Assembly (NCBI GenBank): GCA_040954595.2
Contig: CM082579.2
Location: 3,216,345-3,280,344, forward strand
Source: Balanoglossus misakiensis
Lineage: Eukaryota > Animalia > Hemichordata
Length of the DNA: 64,000 nt
Direction of reading: 5' to 3'
Below, piece by piece: positions 12,346 through 24,900 of this stretch (position 1 is its first letter; the number at the start of each line of letters is the position of its first letter). The position numbers and the translations under genes are program-made. The notes under the pieces were generated by a model. That model was not told the DNA's origin. It searched no databases and worked only from the letters and a program-made list of their open reading frames with translations.

Positions 12346-12493
12346 CATAGACCACTTCGCAGTTAGCATAACGCAGTGTGTTGTGGGACAGTTTGCGTTC
12401 TCAGCGCGTGCGATGGCCATGTACTAGACGCTATGTTGAACGCAAATTATACCATCATGCATTGCAGATACCCTATCCGCGAAGTGGTCTATG
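12346..12493. mobile_element. Short (~148 bp) MITE-like inverted-repeat element
   Basis: Left catagaccacttcgc (12346-12360) is the exact reverse complement of gcgaagtggtctatg (12479-12493), extendable to 21 bp with 2 mismatches. TSD ambiguous (possibly AT). Confidence 0.65.
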
Positions 12494-12609
12494 GGTATAT
12501 CACTGTGTTCAAATCTGAAAATGTCACCTGTTGGTTTTAATATAAATTAAATTATAATTAATATAAATGTACGTCAATTTTAAAGATCAATTTGCCTTTT
12601 TGTTCTGCT

Positions 12610-12686
12610 TATTAAATGAATATGATTTTAAATTAAAATACTGAATAAGTATCAGTATTTTAAGTACAAATCATATTCATTTAATA
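12610..12686. repeat. AT-rich 77-nt near-perfect hairpin
   Basis: Outer arms tattaaatgaatatgattt / aaatcatattcatttaata (19 bp), a 4x4 internal mismatch, inner arms ttaaaatactga / tcagtattttaa (12 bp), 7-nt loop. Confidence 0.8.
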
Positions 12687-15600
12687 TAATAATTAAGGCT
12701 AATATAATCATCATAATTTGAATAACTTATATTGAAATGGTCAGTGTTGCTTGACATTGTAAACTGAATATGTGGGATGAATTTTCATTATCATAAAAAA
12801 TTCAATGGCATTTCAAGCAAGAGGCCAGTCTATGAATACATTTCTCCTTGACCCTCAATCAGTTGGATCGTTTCATGGTTTGTTAATTTCCTTGATTTTG
12901 AATTTTGGGCCACGTAAAGTCTTTGCAGCATGCAAAACATTATTGGTACATTTGGGGTGACAGTGGATTGACTTTCACTCACGTCCTGCCAGCTACTGCT
13001 TTTGCTACTGATAAAAGAACATGCGACTTTTGTAACTGAAAGGGCATCCACTGGCCAGTTACTTGTAAATTGGACCTGTGAAAATTTCAGCCATATAAAA
13101 GAAAAAATCTGTCATGTACAATGGCCTTTGTGGGTTGTGTTTATTTAGACCATATGGATCAGATTCTAGCAAAAGTCCCATTGATGTGACAGTAATGTAC
13201 ACAGTTCTAAGTGTACACACATTTCTCACTAGAGAATCTTACCTGCCTCTTGCCAATTTGGCTTTTTTGTGACTTTTTGCAAGAATAAAAAACTGTCAAG
13301 ATCTCACAGCACATTCATCTGCTGTGTCATCCAGTTGGTTTAGTGGTCACATGCACTGATGCAAATTGTCAGTCAGAGTTCAGTCTTTTTTGAATAAACT
13401 TGTTCTGGACGGCACTTGACACCTCAGCTTCTTGTTGTGGAAGGCTGGGCTCAACCAGATTGTTATGCAAGTGTGTTGTGCTCATTTGCATGTGTTACAT
13501 AATTCCGGGAGATTTTTTAGAAAACAGAATGTATCAGTGTATTGTCTTGGTGGGCCCTGGTGAATGGGGGGCCATTATGCTGAACAATCCATCACTCCAG
13601 GTGCTGTTATCTCTGAACATCTGAGGTCATTGTGTGGCAGCTGACTGGTTCACTTTTAATGATGCCGTATTGTGTGCACCACATTGTTGGGGGTTGGCAT
13701 GAACTTGGAATTTGAAATGCACTTAGTGTCGCAAAGGTGATTCGCCATCCAAACAAAGTTCAGGTGCAAGAGAAAAGTGTGCTGCCCCTATGGTACGGTT
13801 GCAGGCACATGCAAAAAAAGACAGTGGATGGTTGCTAACACGGCCCATTAATAATGAATGTCTGACCAGGCCAACCTGTCCTAATCTACTATAATTATGT
13901 ACATGTAATCAATAAAAAAATACAGACACCTTACCTAAAAGTAAAATGGTTCACTTTGGGAGTCATCCCCTGGAAATGGTAAAAATGGAATAAAATTCTG
14001 TTTCTTTTCTACTGTCTTAGTCTATGGTTTGACCAAATGGTCATCCCAGCTGCTTATGATGTCATTATAAACAACTTTGAGAGGCTCCGAGCAGTGTTTT
14101 CCATTTCTTGCATTTGTTTTGGTTTTGTGTTCTCTAAGTCGTAATAGTGTAATTCACACCAGATTTCTCATGTACAACTTTTTACAACTTTGTTTCTGCC
14201 CCCATAACTTATAAAAAGTTGTTGACGGATAACTTGGGATTTATCTCAGAGCAGAGCTTAAGAAAGGCCAAGCTGATATCATCGATCAATTGCATTGACT
14301 CACCCTAGTAGGGCAGCATGTTTTACATGACAAGGGGGAAATTTATGTGCATAGCATGGCATTTGTGATTTTCCTATCATGTGCAAAATATGCAGACCCC
14401 CCTCCCAACTACTGCATAATCTTAAAGTGTAAGGACAGTATGACTGGGATTGCCAGTGGTTTTAATTAACAGCATAATTGGATTCTTACGTGAATAAATT
14501 ATTAGTGAGTTGTCATTTGCCTGATAGTCAAAGGGTAAAAAAGCCACCAGGAAGAATGTTAGGTACAAGGAAATCATGAATGTTTGGTTTCTAAGAGAAA
14601 AAAATCCGGGAGAAAGCTGGGATCGTTTCAAACTGTTTACATTCAGGAAGGGATGTATATCTCCCAGGGGAAACAAATGTGGATGTTTGCTTGAAAAGGG
14701 AACAAATTTTATTGCCGATAGATCAGTACTTGACAAATCTTACTGGTGTACACCCCTTTGGGCCAAAGCCAAATTTGATTGTCTAGTCAGGAAGTTTTCC
14801 TAAATCAAGGAGAACACCAGACCGACATCCTGAAACCAGAAGAGTATTCAGGAAAAAATGTTCAAGAGCATACACGATGTTTGGTAAAATAATTTGAAGT
14901 CTGTTTCGGAGTTTACTTTATTGCTGGAGGGTGTTGGTAATGAGGTGTCGGCATGTTTGAGGCTATAGTTTCAGGCTTGTTGGTCATTTGACTATCTGTG
15001 GCTCCTGAGTTGTAAGTTCCGTGCAAATTGGATCTGTTTGAAAGACCTGAAATTCATCCATATTTATAGGTGTCACGGTCATTCAGAGGCTGTCATTTAA
15101 CTACGGTGCGAGTTGTCAAAATTACAGAATTAACTTTCCAGAGAGTCCGGATTTGGAGGGGGTTTTGTTTCTCTTTTGATGGAGTCCTGTTTCTCAGTTC
15201 TGTTACATGTGATGTGGAATGCTTATGCACATGTGGCGATAAACCGTTTCCACTTTGTCTCTGCCACTCCTAAAAAGAAGGTGATTTTCATCATGAAATG
15301 CCTTGCTCTAATCTGGAAGAAGCAGAACTTTCATTTGATTTGTGTGTCCTGCAAACCCTGATTCTTAGACTACACCGGAGAAATGGTAGATTTGATAATG
15401 TGATTCAAAATCAAAATGCTAGTTGTCAACTGACTATTAGTATACGCGAATACACCATTTCTTGCGCTCAAATCCAAAATGCCCAAATCCAAGAACTTGA
15501 CTCTACGGTACCCCAGAGGTGTGTTTGTTAACGCATGCATGCATAGCAGTAACAGATAGGTGGATGCCATAGTTCCCTATAAGGGCATTGGAAGAGTCTG

Positions 15601-16322
15601 CTGCATGTAAGTTTGTGTCCTTAGCATTCCTCAGAGCTAGACAGGAAGTATAGCTACAGAGCCAAGTGATCAGCTCTGGGGATTTGCCATTGGTTAGAAC
15701 GCCCGGATCCAATCCATCACGCCGGCCAGCAGGAGATTTCAATGTAAAGGGTTCTTTTCCAAGGCCATAAGCACTTTGGGTAGTATTAGCCAGTGCAGGA
15801 GAATTCTCCAGCCCTGGTTGGAATTCTGGCAATGTGCAGCCGTATCATGCAGGATTGCTGGGGTGATTGTCACCAATTCTGCCGTTGTGTCGCGTGCCAG
15901 CGATCGAGATACATGAATAAACAGTTAGGGGATGCCATGTCTAACGTAGATATAAAAGAGGGGTCTGCTAATGAGTGTGTTTGTCCTCCGAAATATGAAA
16001 CGACAGCAACACCTGAGGTTGTCTTGCAGTGCACCGGAAGAATTTCTTGGGAAGTGTCCATGAAAATCCCAAGCCCCTCGAGATTAATTAACAACATCAG
16101 TATTGATGGCCTGTCAGGATCCCAAGAGAAAAGAATGGTTTCACTTGTAACATGGTCTAATGTACTATGATCTCCTCCTCCAAAAAAGACGACACTCTTA
16201 CCCAAAAATTGGAAAACCCCATTTTATCTGATATTTCATATTTGTTTGTCTTTAGTGATGATAATGATCCCCCTCCCCCTGTGTGTATGGTAACAAAATA
16301 AATTCTGACCTGCCCCTATTAA

Positions 16323-16925
16323 AGCCCCAGTATTTCTCGTGTGCATCCATTTTTCATCATCGAAAAAAGCCCGTTTTTCCAGTACATCCATCATGGAATA
16401 CTATATAAAGAAGATGTAAGAAAGGTTTGGGCAATTGTAGCTACATGCAAGCCGAAAATATCGCCCGTAACACTTGAAATGATGCGCGGGTTTGTTTACA
16501 ACGGAAATGTTGTACATGTCGATCAGCAAACGTGCCACTTTGACATTTTGATGGTAGGACCATTTTCGGATTTGATCTGGTTCCATCGACTGATTTCTCC
16601 CATAAAGTTATCTTCCCAAAATTTCGCCGAATTAGTGCGCATTTCTTCGCTGAGTCGCTTGATTTGGGGCGACCAAACCTCTTCCGCATAGATTCACATT
16701 TGAGTGCGCATGCGCACTAGTCACGTGTGTCAACATTAGCCTGACTCACGTGACTTTCTGTCCGGACAGAAAGTCATTCTTCACTCGTTATATTGTAAAT
16801 TGTATGAGTTTATCAGCAGAGCTGGGGATGATGACTGTTCGATTCAGTATCAATTATCATCTACTTTTAGAAATTATAGATGCCGTTTCAAACAAAATTT
16901 TGCCCCTACGAGAAATACTGTGGCT
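16323..16925. mobile_element. Non-autonomous DNA transposon (603 bp), TTAA TSD, Kolobok-like
   Basis: ttaa|agccccagtatttctcgt ... acgagaaatactgtggct|ttaa: 18-bp TIR with 1 mismatch; TTAA at 16319-16322 and 16926-16929; AG...CT (RR...YY) termini; no transposase ORF. Confidence 0.85.
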
Positions 16926-19900
16926 TTAAAGTAAGCTGTGCCAACCCCCCTGCAGACAAGTACTCTTAGCTGTGACCTCCAAATGAAGTTCTGCTAAAGA
17001 GATTTCGCCCTGCGTACAGACCCTAATCCATCTTAACCAGTCTGCTGGATTTCCTCCTATCTCGTTTTCAGTTACAATAAAGTGTCTTGGCGTTGCCTCT
17101 GACAGTGGAGAACAGCTTGTTCTCAACATTTGGTAATTTTGCTTATTTCCTCCCAATGAGACTGTACCATGTTCACCTCTACCTGTGATGCAGAAGTTTG
17201 GTCTGTATCACATGTGTTTGGTTGCAGTCCCCCTTGAAAATAAAATCTTGAAACCTGACACCCTTGTAGTGCCCACAGTGCATGACTGAACTCCGGCTGC
17301 TGGAGATTACCTGTAATCATTCAGTCAGCAAAAGGGGGGTCTCTTTTCTCCAAATTGACCTGAATGGTCCTAAGAGGTACCCCTAAATGAACTGAGAGCC
17401 TGTCCTATATCAACTGAGATAAGTGAAATATCTAATGGATTGTGTGAACAACACTGCTAGCATTCAGAAGTGGTTGACTGTCTCACTTGACACAAAGGTG
17501 ACAGACTTGTCTCTCATTCTTCGGTCAGGGAGTAATGTCTTGTGGCCAATATAACAGTTTTATTCCCTATGACAATGTTACCGGTGAAATTTATGTCGGT
17601 TTTGTTTGGAGCTCAAAGCGTACAAGATAGCGCACAGTGGTCATGGCAGGAGCCCCTGGACTTTCAGTCATTCTTCAGTTGCAAGAAAAGGGTTGTCGTG
17701 GAATACACAGTGTACATGAATTTACATATTGTATGAATATGCACATTTTCTGTCTGTGGTACCTTGCTTCGAGTACTTCTGGCCGGTACTACCCTGCACC
17801 AATACATGTAAAACCAGAGAAAGAGACAATGCTGTTCCTGAAATTCATGAGACTGTGCCAATCAAGTCTGGCCGCCTTTCCGAATTGTTGCTTTCATATT
17901 GCCTAACAATGCAAGTAGTCTTTGTGTCGAGGTTGTAAGGGGTGAAATGGGACCCAAAGAAATCGTTCGCTTGAGATAAGTGAACTAGAAAATTGTGCCT
18001 TCAATGTGAATTGGATTCACTGCGTTGAAGAGGTTACCCGAAGGTTGAAATGTCATCCAGTTACTGCCATTGTTCTAAAAATAAATTGAAAGGGAGAAAA
18101 ATCTATTCTTCCTAATTGCCATCTAGATAAAAGTGCATAGTATTTCTTGGTTTGTGTAGCTATGTCCATCAACTCCGGTTCCCACTTATTTTGTTTCAAG
18201 TTGCAAACTTTAATTAGTGTATGGTTTTTCATGCTAAAACAATAATCAGCATGTTGATAGCCCCTGGCGATGGGTGCATATGTTACATACCAAGCTATTT
18301 GGCCTCGGGGACCAGAATGCATTGCTGTTTAGCGATATCTGGCCGGATTGAGTTGAAGTGAGTGGTTCAGTCGTATGGAGGGAGGGGGGGGGGGGTGGTA
18401 AATATTGGAAATCACCGCCTGTGTATTCTCCTCCCCTGTGGGGGTCTCCCTCCTCCCAGTTCCTGTAGCTGCTTGGGGAAACACTTTCTCCGTGATATCT
18501 ACACCTTGATGAAACTTTGTGTGATGACAACTGTTTCTTATCTTTTCATACATCTGAAACTGGGAACTGCATAACGGCTGGTCTGCAAGTTACATGTTCA
18601 CAGTTGGACTGACACTGGAAAAATCTTAATGAAATTTCGTTGTTTTTGCCGAGATCAGTTAACTGAAAACAACCCGTTGGCAGTGTACACTGATGGCCCT
18701 CCCAATGTTCTCGCTTCGGTTGAAGTTCCCCTTCATGAAGAAACCATTCAAATCAACTTCTGTGTCTAATCACAGCCATTGCTTGCAACTCATTAAATGT
18801 TAGGCAATTCTCAGATTGCCAATCTTTGGTCAATATTTAGTTACAAGCATGGAGTAAGTTATACTCTGAAGAATTTGACTTTAAAAGACTCAAACTGTAG
18901 GGTACTTATGGGTCACCTAGGAAGCAGTATTGGTATCTGTCAAGTCATGTTGATGAAAATAATAATTAGTTTATGGGAAATATTTGTTTTAGTTATTAAG
19001 GATGTATACTTGGTCCACATCCTGGATACTACAGATAGCATGCAACCAAGAGTATTTGCAGTTACAGATTATTACGGCATTGACATTCCAAGGACTATAT
19101 GGCAAGGTAACTGCAGATAGAGTCAAAAATTGTGTGTGAAATTGGCACTTTTACAAGTACAGTTGTCGGTTCAGATTGATTCTTAGCGCTAACAGACCCA
19201 CATATCTTGACTTGTAGAAGTTGTAAAATACCATCTGAAGGTCTGTTGAAAGACACACTTAAAGAAAATGATGGGGACTCCTGACAAACAATATTGCTAG
19301 GCATCTTCTTAAAAGTTCTTTAAGATTGTCTAAATCGGCTGCTCTTAAATCACAGAAGGACTTAAAGTTGTTCAAGATACTAAGTTTTCTTGTCTCCAAA
19401 AGTGGACCCAAGTGGGTAAGGAGAGTCAACATTTGAACTATTTTTAAACTCTGGTTGACGTAATCCAGGTCTGACTAAGCATTTTAAGATGGTTCACTTC
19501 AGAAGCAGTGAGAGGTGGCGGTTTCGAAGAAATGTTTAGCCATTGCGCCCGTTCAAAATTCTCAGCTTCTACAGCCTGTGCATAGATGTCTTCACGCGGG
19601 GAGCTCATTCTTAAGGATGGGCGAGACTTGGCTTTCATCCAGTCCCAGTTGTCCGCCAGTTGAGAAAGCAAATGCAGACTCCCTGCCCTGTCATTGTCAA
19701 CACATTACCTGCTGCACTTTCCCCGTGCAATTTGGCAGAAACCCGAATAACAAGATGGTATTTTCCGTCGCAGATTTATACAAAGACTTGAATGTTTCTA
19801 CTTGTTGCTTGAAAACGAGCAAAAACAGTTAAGTTTCAAAAAGCCCCATGGGGGATACCGGCCGGTATTCCAATCTGTAGATTTGAAACAAAGCCGGCAA

Positions 19901-21894
19901 TTCGTTGAGACTAATCCTGGGATCCAGTCTCAAGACTTGTTTCTATACTCTTCCAAGGCGGGACATTCACGGGGTGTTTATTTTACTAAAACAAACATTG
20001 TTCTTGAAAGAGCTCACCATCAGCTGTCTGTTAGACCTCTGGCAAAATGTGGCGTGGCTACAAAGTCAAAGATTGGCTCAAACAGATACCACTGTTTTTT
20101 GCCTTAATTGCGCCATTCCACTAATTACACCCTGTTGTGTCAGGTTATTGAATACTAACCGTCACTGTCGGTTTTGCCATCGGTTAAAAAAAATCATCAA
20201 AGCAAGACTTCCTGAAGTAATTACTGGTGTAGCTGCCCCTTAATTACAGTGGATGGGTGAAATTGTATGGTGCCATCTTAGAAATGTGCCGTCTCTTTTG
20301 AGACGTCTTGTTTATCGAGGTGGGCTGAAGGGTTTCAAAAGTAAACAGGAAAATTACCACCAAAAAAAGACACACGTGGAGATGCCAGAGTTGTCATTAG
20401 GGCTGATTGGCAGAAGCACTTGTAAGTGTTGTGTAACCTTGGTTTCTGAACTTCAGCTGTTGACAGAACCTTCCTTGCGGTAAAGGCTTGTCTTGTGGGT
20501 GTGGCAGTTTTGGTGAATGACTTTGGCGTCTGCTGACGCAAGGTTTGTTGGCATCGACTGTCACCTGGTGATGCTGCTGTGTCTGTCGTAGCATGTGTGG
20601 CAGACGTGTGTATCTGACTGGGGAGGGGCAAAGCCCAGCCATCAGAGGGTAGCACACTCATTTCACCTAATGCGAGAACATCGCAACTGATAAGGTGTAC
20701 TTGACGAAACATCAGTCATCTGATGGATGGATCATAATATCTTAGTTTTACCCAGTACTGAATGCAATCTTCCCCGGTCATTGCGAAGGTGTCCGCATCA
20801 GCCAAAATCGGGGTGAACCAATAATTATGCCAGGGACTATGTAATCGGTTGATTACACCATTGTCTAACCATCATTTGAATCACAATCCAGCCACAGTCA
20901 AGGGACTATTTTGTGCAGTTAACATAAACAAGGCAATTATAAGTCCCCTTAGTGTGATATTTTGCCAATTAAACTAAATTAGTATAATTTGATGACAGGG
21001 GTTGACAGCCGTGGGCAGACGCCTTGGACCGATTTGGCACCAGGCAACTGATTGGCCCTCCAAAGGTGGAACTAATTATCAGATTAAATGGATACATTTA
21101 ATGGCCTCCTCATTTTGGAAGGGTCTGTTAAAGGGCCCGTTTTGAGTCGCACCTATTCCATTGTTTTTGTGTGTGTGTGAAAACTTTCAATGCCTTAGGC
21201 AAGCAGGGAAGTTAATGAGGTTGTGATACAATTATGCAGATGTTCAGAATTGTGTCTTTATTAATAATGACACTGGGATTGTTTCAGATTCCCAGTGTGT
21301 CACTCAATAAACACAACTTTTTGCAAGAATTTACTCAGAAATGATGTAAAGATGTCTCTGCACATAAACGTCTGGTTCTCAGTCCCTGTCAGTTACTCTA
21401 CTTTTAAATCGCTCATTGTACAAATCCTCTGTGTTTTATTGTATTGTGTAAGTCAAATTAATAGTCGCCAGGTAAATCTGATTACTGTTTATTTGTGTTG
21501 ATGAAATGGTCTTTTGTTTCTTGAATGTTTGAGATTACAAAGGTACTATCACAATTGTAGTTTTGAATTGAGTATTATTGAATTTGGAAACTTTGGTATG
21601 AGTGGAATCTGCCAACTGAAGAGTCAGTGCAGTTTTTGGTCTGGAACACATCAAACCAAACCCATATGCTGCTTCCTTCATGGAAGGACAAATGTTTGGA
21701 AGTCAGTAACAATGGGCTCTTGTGTTGTTGGGACGTTTCAACAGATTGGCTGTATGTCTGTATGCCGTGAGAACACTGGGCATGTCTGCACTTTGTGAGG
21801 TTTTTACTGTTGCATGGCATGGCATTCATGTGTTTCGCTGTCTGTTTGATTTCATCATGAGGGTGGCCTCCAGAATACTTTGACATTATTTATT

Positions 21895-21995
21895 TCTGTG
21901 TATGTGTACATGCGTTCACATGTGTGTGCGTGTGCATGTGTGTGTGTGTGAGGGAGAGTGTGAGAGTGAGTTCTATGTGTGTGTATATATGTGTG
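21895..21995. repeat. Imperfect (GT)n/(GA)n microsatellite
   Basis: Run of tgtgtatgtgtacatgcg...gtgtgtgtgtgtgagggagagtgtgagagtgag... Confidence 0.7.
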
Positions 21996-24900
21996 AATTC
22001 TCACGAAATAATCCCCTTTATGGGTAGGTCAAGGGTAGGTGATCTTACGCTTGGCCAAATGAACTTGATATCTTTATTTCGGATTTAAACAAACCAGACC
22101 GCGGTTTTCATTGATTGTATTTCTGCTTACCAGTTTTCAAGAAAACGTTCTAGGTGAAGTGCCACATGACAGACTTTTTCGATGGCTGATAAGTCTGAGC
22201 TAAGTCCTGGGCGGGATTTCTGAGCCCTGTGTTGACAGGTAGGAAATTGACCCCAGGGATCTGCCAATTGTGAGCACTTTACTGAAACTTGAACTACAAA
22301 TGCCCTGTCAGCCCCCCTTCTGGATATCCCTTGGTCAGCCATTATCCTGCAAAGAGTATTGCTGCCATTAAAGTCTTCTATTAATCTCAAAAACATAATT
22401 AGAGGGTCAATCTTCTGTTCCTGTTATTACACTCTCGACTGAAGTTCAGATTGAATAGGCTGTGCACTTGGGCCCGGCATTGTAATCATCAACTCCAGTC
22501 AAGGCCAACACCCTGGGTAAATGGTTCTCAAGTGCATAATTCCCCTTTTATCTTTATCCTTGTACATACAATAAAACAACAAACAAAGCATCCAAAAAAA
22601 CAGTAATAGGGATATTTCAGCAGTCCCTACGTGCACTAGTATAAGTTGCCGAAATCATTCAGGATATCCAAGACAGGAAATCCCCCCACACCCGACCGAA
22701 AAAGACAAGAAAAAGCTGTGCCTTCAACTCAGTGACCACAAAAAATCAAGGTCAGGTGACTTGTTCAAACTGAAGCATTTGTCCAAGTGTGCCTGGAAGG
22801 CCCTCTATATCAAGTTTTAACTGTCCAACAGTGTGACTGTGTCTGTGTTGAAACACCATTCTTTGATCAAATGCTGACAAGTCACTCAAACTCTCCAGTG
22901 TAGCTCTTCAATTCTTGGTGACAGGAGCTGTGAGATTTTAACAAATGGAGGTGATAACTTTACTGCTTATATCTCCATTTTGTAATAAGGTCCGTGATTG
23001 GCTACCTTGGTCCGCTCACTGATTGACTTCTGATTGCCCCAATTGGTCACTTATTAATGGCCACCTGTTTTGTGTGAATTACAATTTTGAGTGTAATTGT
23101 CATACACTGTAGTTCCTGTTTGGTGAGGTGGTACATATTTGATTAGAGTCATGTTTTGTTCGTGCGCAGACCTTAAACCAGAGACAGACAGACTGTGTCA
23201 CATTGATTGCATATATATACAGCATAATCCAACAACTTGAGACAAGGCCGGTCGGTGCTTGACTGCAGACCTCTGCACCCACTTGCCATCTGTTTCAAAG
23301 TGTATCTTTCTCAGACACCGTGTAAACCTCAATCGGTTCTGAAGGCACAGAAAAAAACCCCGAGAGAAAGCGTACGCACAGTTCTGACAGATTTAATGAA
23401 AACCCAGACAGCCGGAGTTAAACGGTCACAGACATAAAAGCGCTCACCGACATCACACTACACCATTGGTATGTTATAAACATGAACTGTGTACCAGTCC
23501 ATGTCAAATAAAATTAGGGAAAGTCTTCTGCCCCTCTGACCTGTAGACCTTGGAAAGTGTACTTTAAAATCTGGAGACGTAAACTCTGGCGCAAATTGTG
23601 TTTGGCGGCCCCTGCAGGATCTTGGTTGCACTCTGACTGCTTGACTCTGCGCCAAAGCTGTGAACAAAAGACAGGGCCTTTGGTATTTCGAATGGGCAAA
23701 TGAAATAAGAGTGACTTGGGGTCACGTTGTTTGCCACAGGGTTATGAGTTTCAGTGCTTTTAGACAATTTGGATGAAGTCAATTGTATAGAATGGACCCT
23801 ACCCCATAATATACCCGCCGATGATTGTGGTTTTTTTGAAACGGAAGATAATATCACTAATCCCGAAGTGGGTTAGTGGTGTGCAAATCTAAACCACCAC
23901 CAAATAAAAATCTGCCCTGCACTTTTTGCCTCTAGATTTCTTCATTTCACTTGTGCGTACTTCTGAATTTTTCTTGCTTCCCATGCTGTGCAAAAATGAT
24001 GTCCACTGAACTTGGTGGGTCCCGCTAGTTGACATGTTTCTCTTAGGTGAAATTAAGCATGAATCTGTCTGTTAAACACATCCCTGTCGGCTAATTGAAA
24101 ACTTCAGGGCCAATTTATCAACAGGGAGGTAGCTTGCCTCAGATGTGGATGGGTGCAGACAGTGAGGTCTGCGTGTAGTTGTGGAAGACCGATTTTCCCA
24201 AAGTGTAATGACTCCCAGCTTGACCTCATGATTGCGTGCTGGCAGCCCTAAGGGAGCTGTTCTCAATGCTGTTCCCACCATGATTTTTTTTTGGAGGGGC
24301 TGGCCATTGTCACTTGATGAAGTACATTTTAACTGTGAAATAATTCTGTGTTGATTTCATTGTGGGGGTATATATAATTGGGCAATTGAGCACCGCCCTG
24401 CACATGAAGTTATTGGTAAAAGTTCCCAATTATGTGTCCACATACAAATTTGGCAAGTTGTTAAGTGCCAAATTTCTTGTGAAAGATCACGTAACAATGT
24501 CTGGCTTGTCTGGCTGCTTTCTGTCCCATGCAGCGAAAGTCTCACCTTTTGCGATTTGGAAGAATGAATGCTATTTTGGGTTAATTTTTATGGGGCATTT
24601 TTTCATTATATAATGGGTGGCAAGAATTGAGCATGAAATAGAACCCTGAAATCCATTCAGGCTCCTGCTGGGACCGACTACTCGTGCAGTTGATCGCGGA
24701 AAGGTGAGAGGTCAGAGGTCAATGCTACTTTCCACGTCTCCCAGTCTTTGATCTCATCAGGAGAAACGTGAGAGAATGGAGAAAAAAATCCAGGATTATC
24801 AGGCCAGGAATTTGTTGCCATGGAGATGTCCATCGAGGAGAGCCAAGGGATTTAAACACACATGTTCATCTGAGCTTTTTGAAACCCAAATTAAAGACAC

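Noticed and set aside
7345-12355. Many minus-strand ORFs overlapping FREM2 exon 1
   Set aside because: Antisense shadows of a long coding exon with no recognisable domains.
12312-12427. C-terminal 38 aa of the 1698-aa ORF (GRNKNFYLGGGII...)
   Set aside because: Intronic read-through: CSPG similarity stops at FTQ, a GT donor follows, and the repeat is completed by the exon at 35763.
13335-13392. tRNA-derived SINE or Pol III A/B boxes
   Set aside because: A-box-like tggtttagtggt is present but the B box is too degenerate and there is no cloverleaf.
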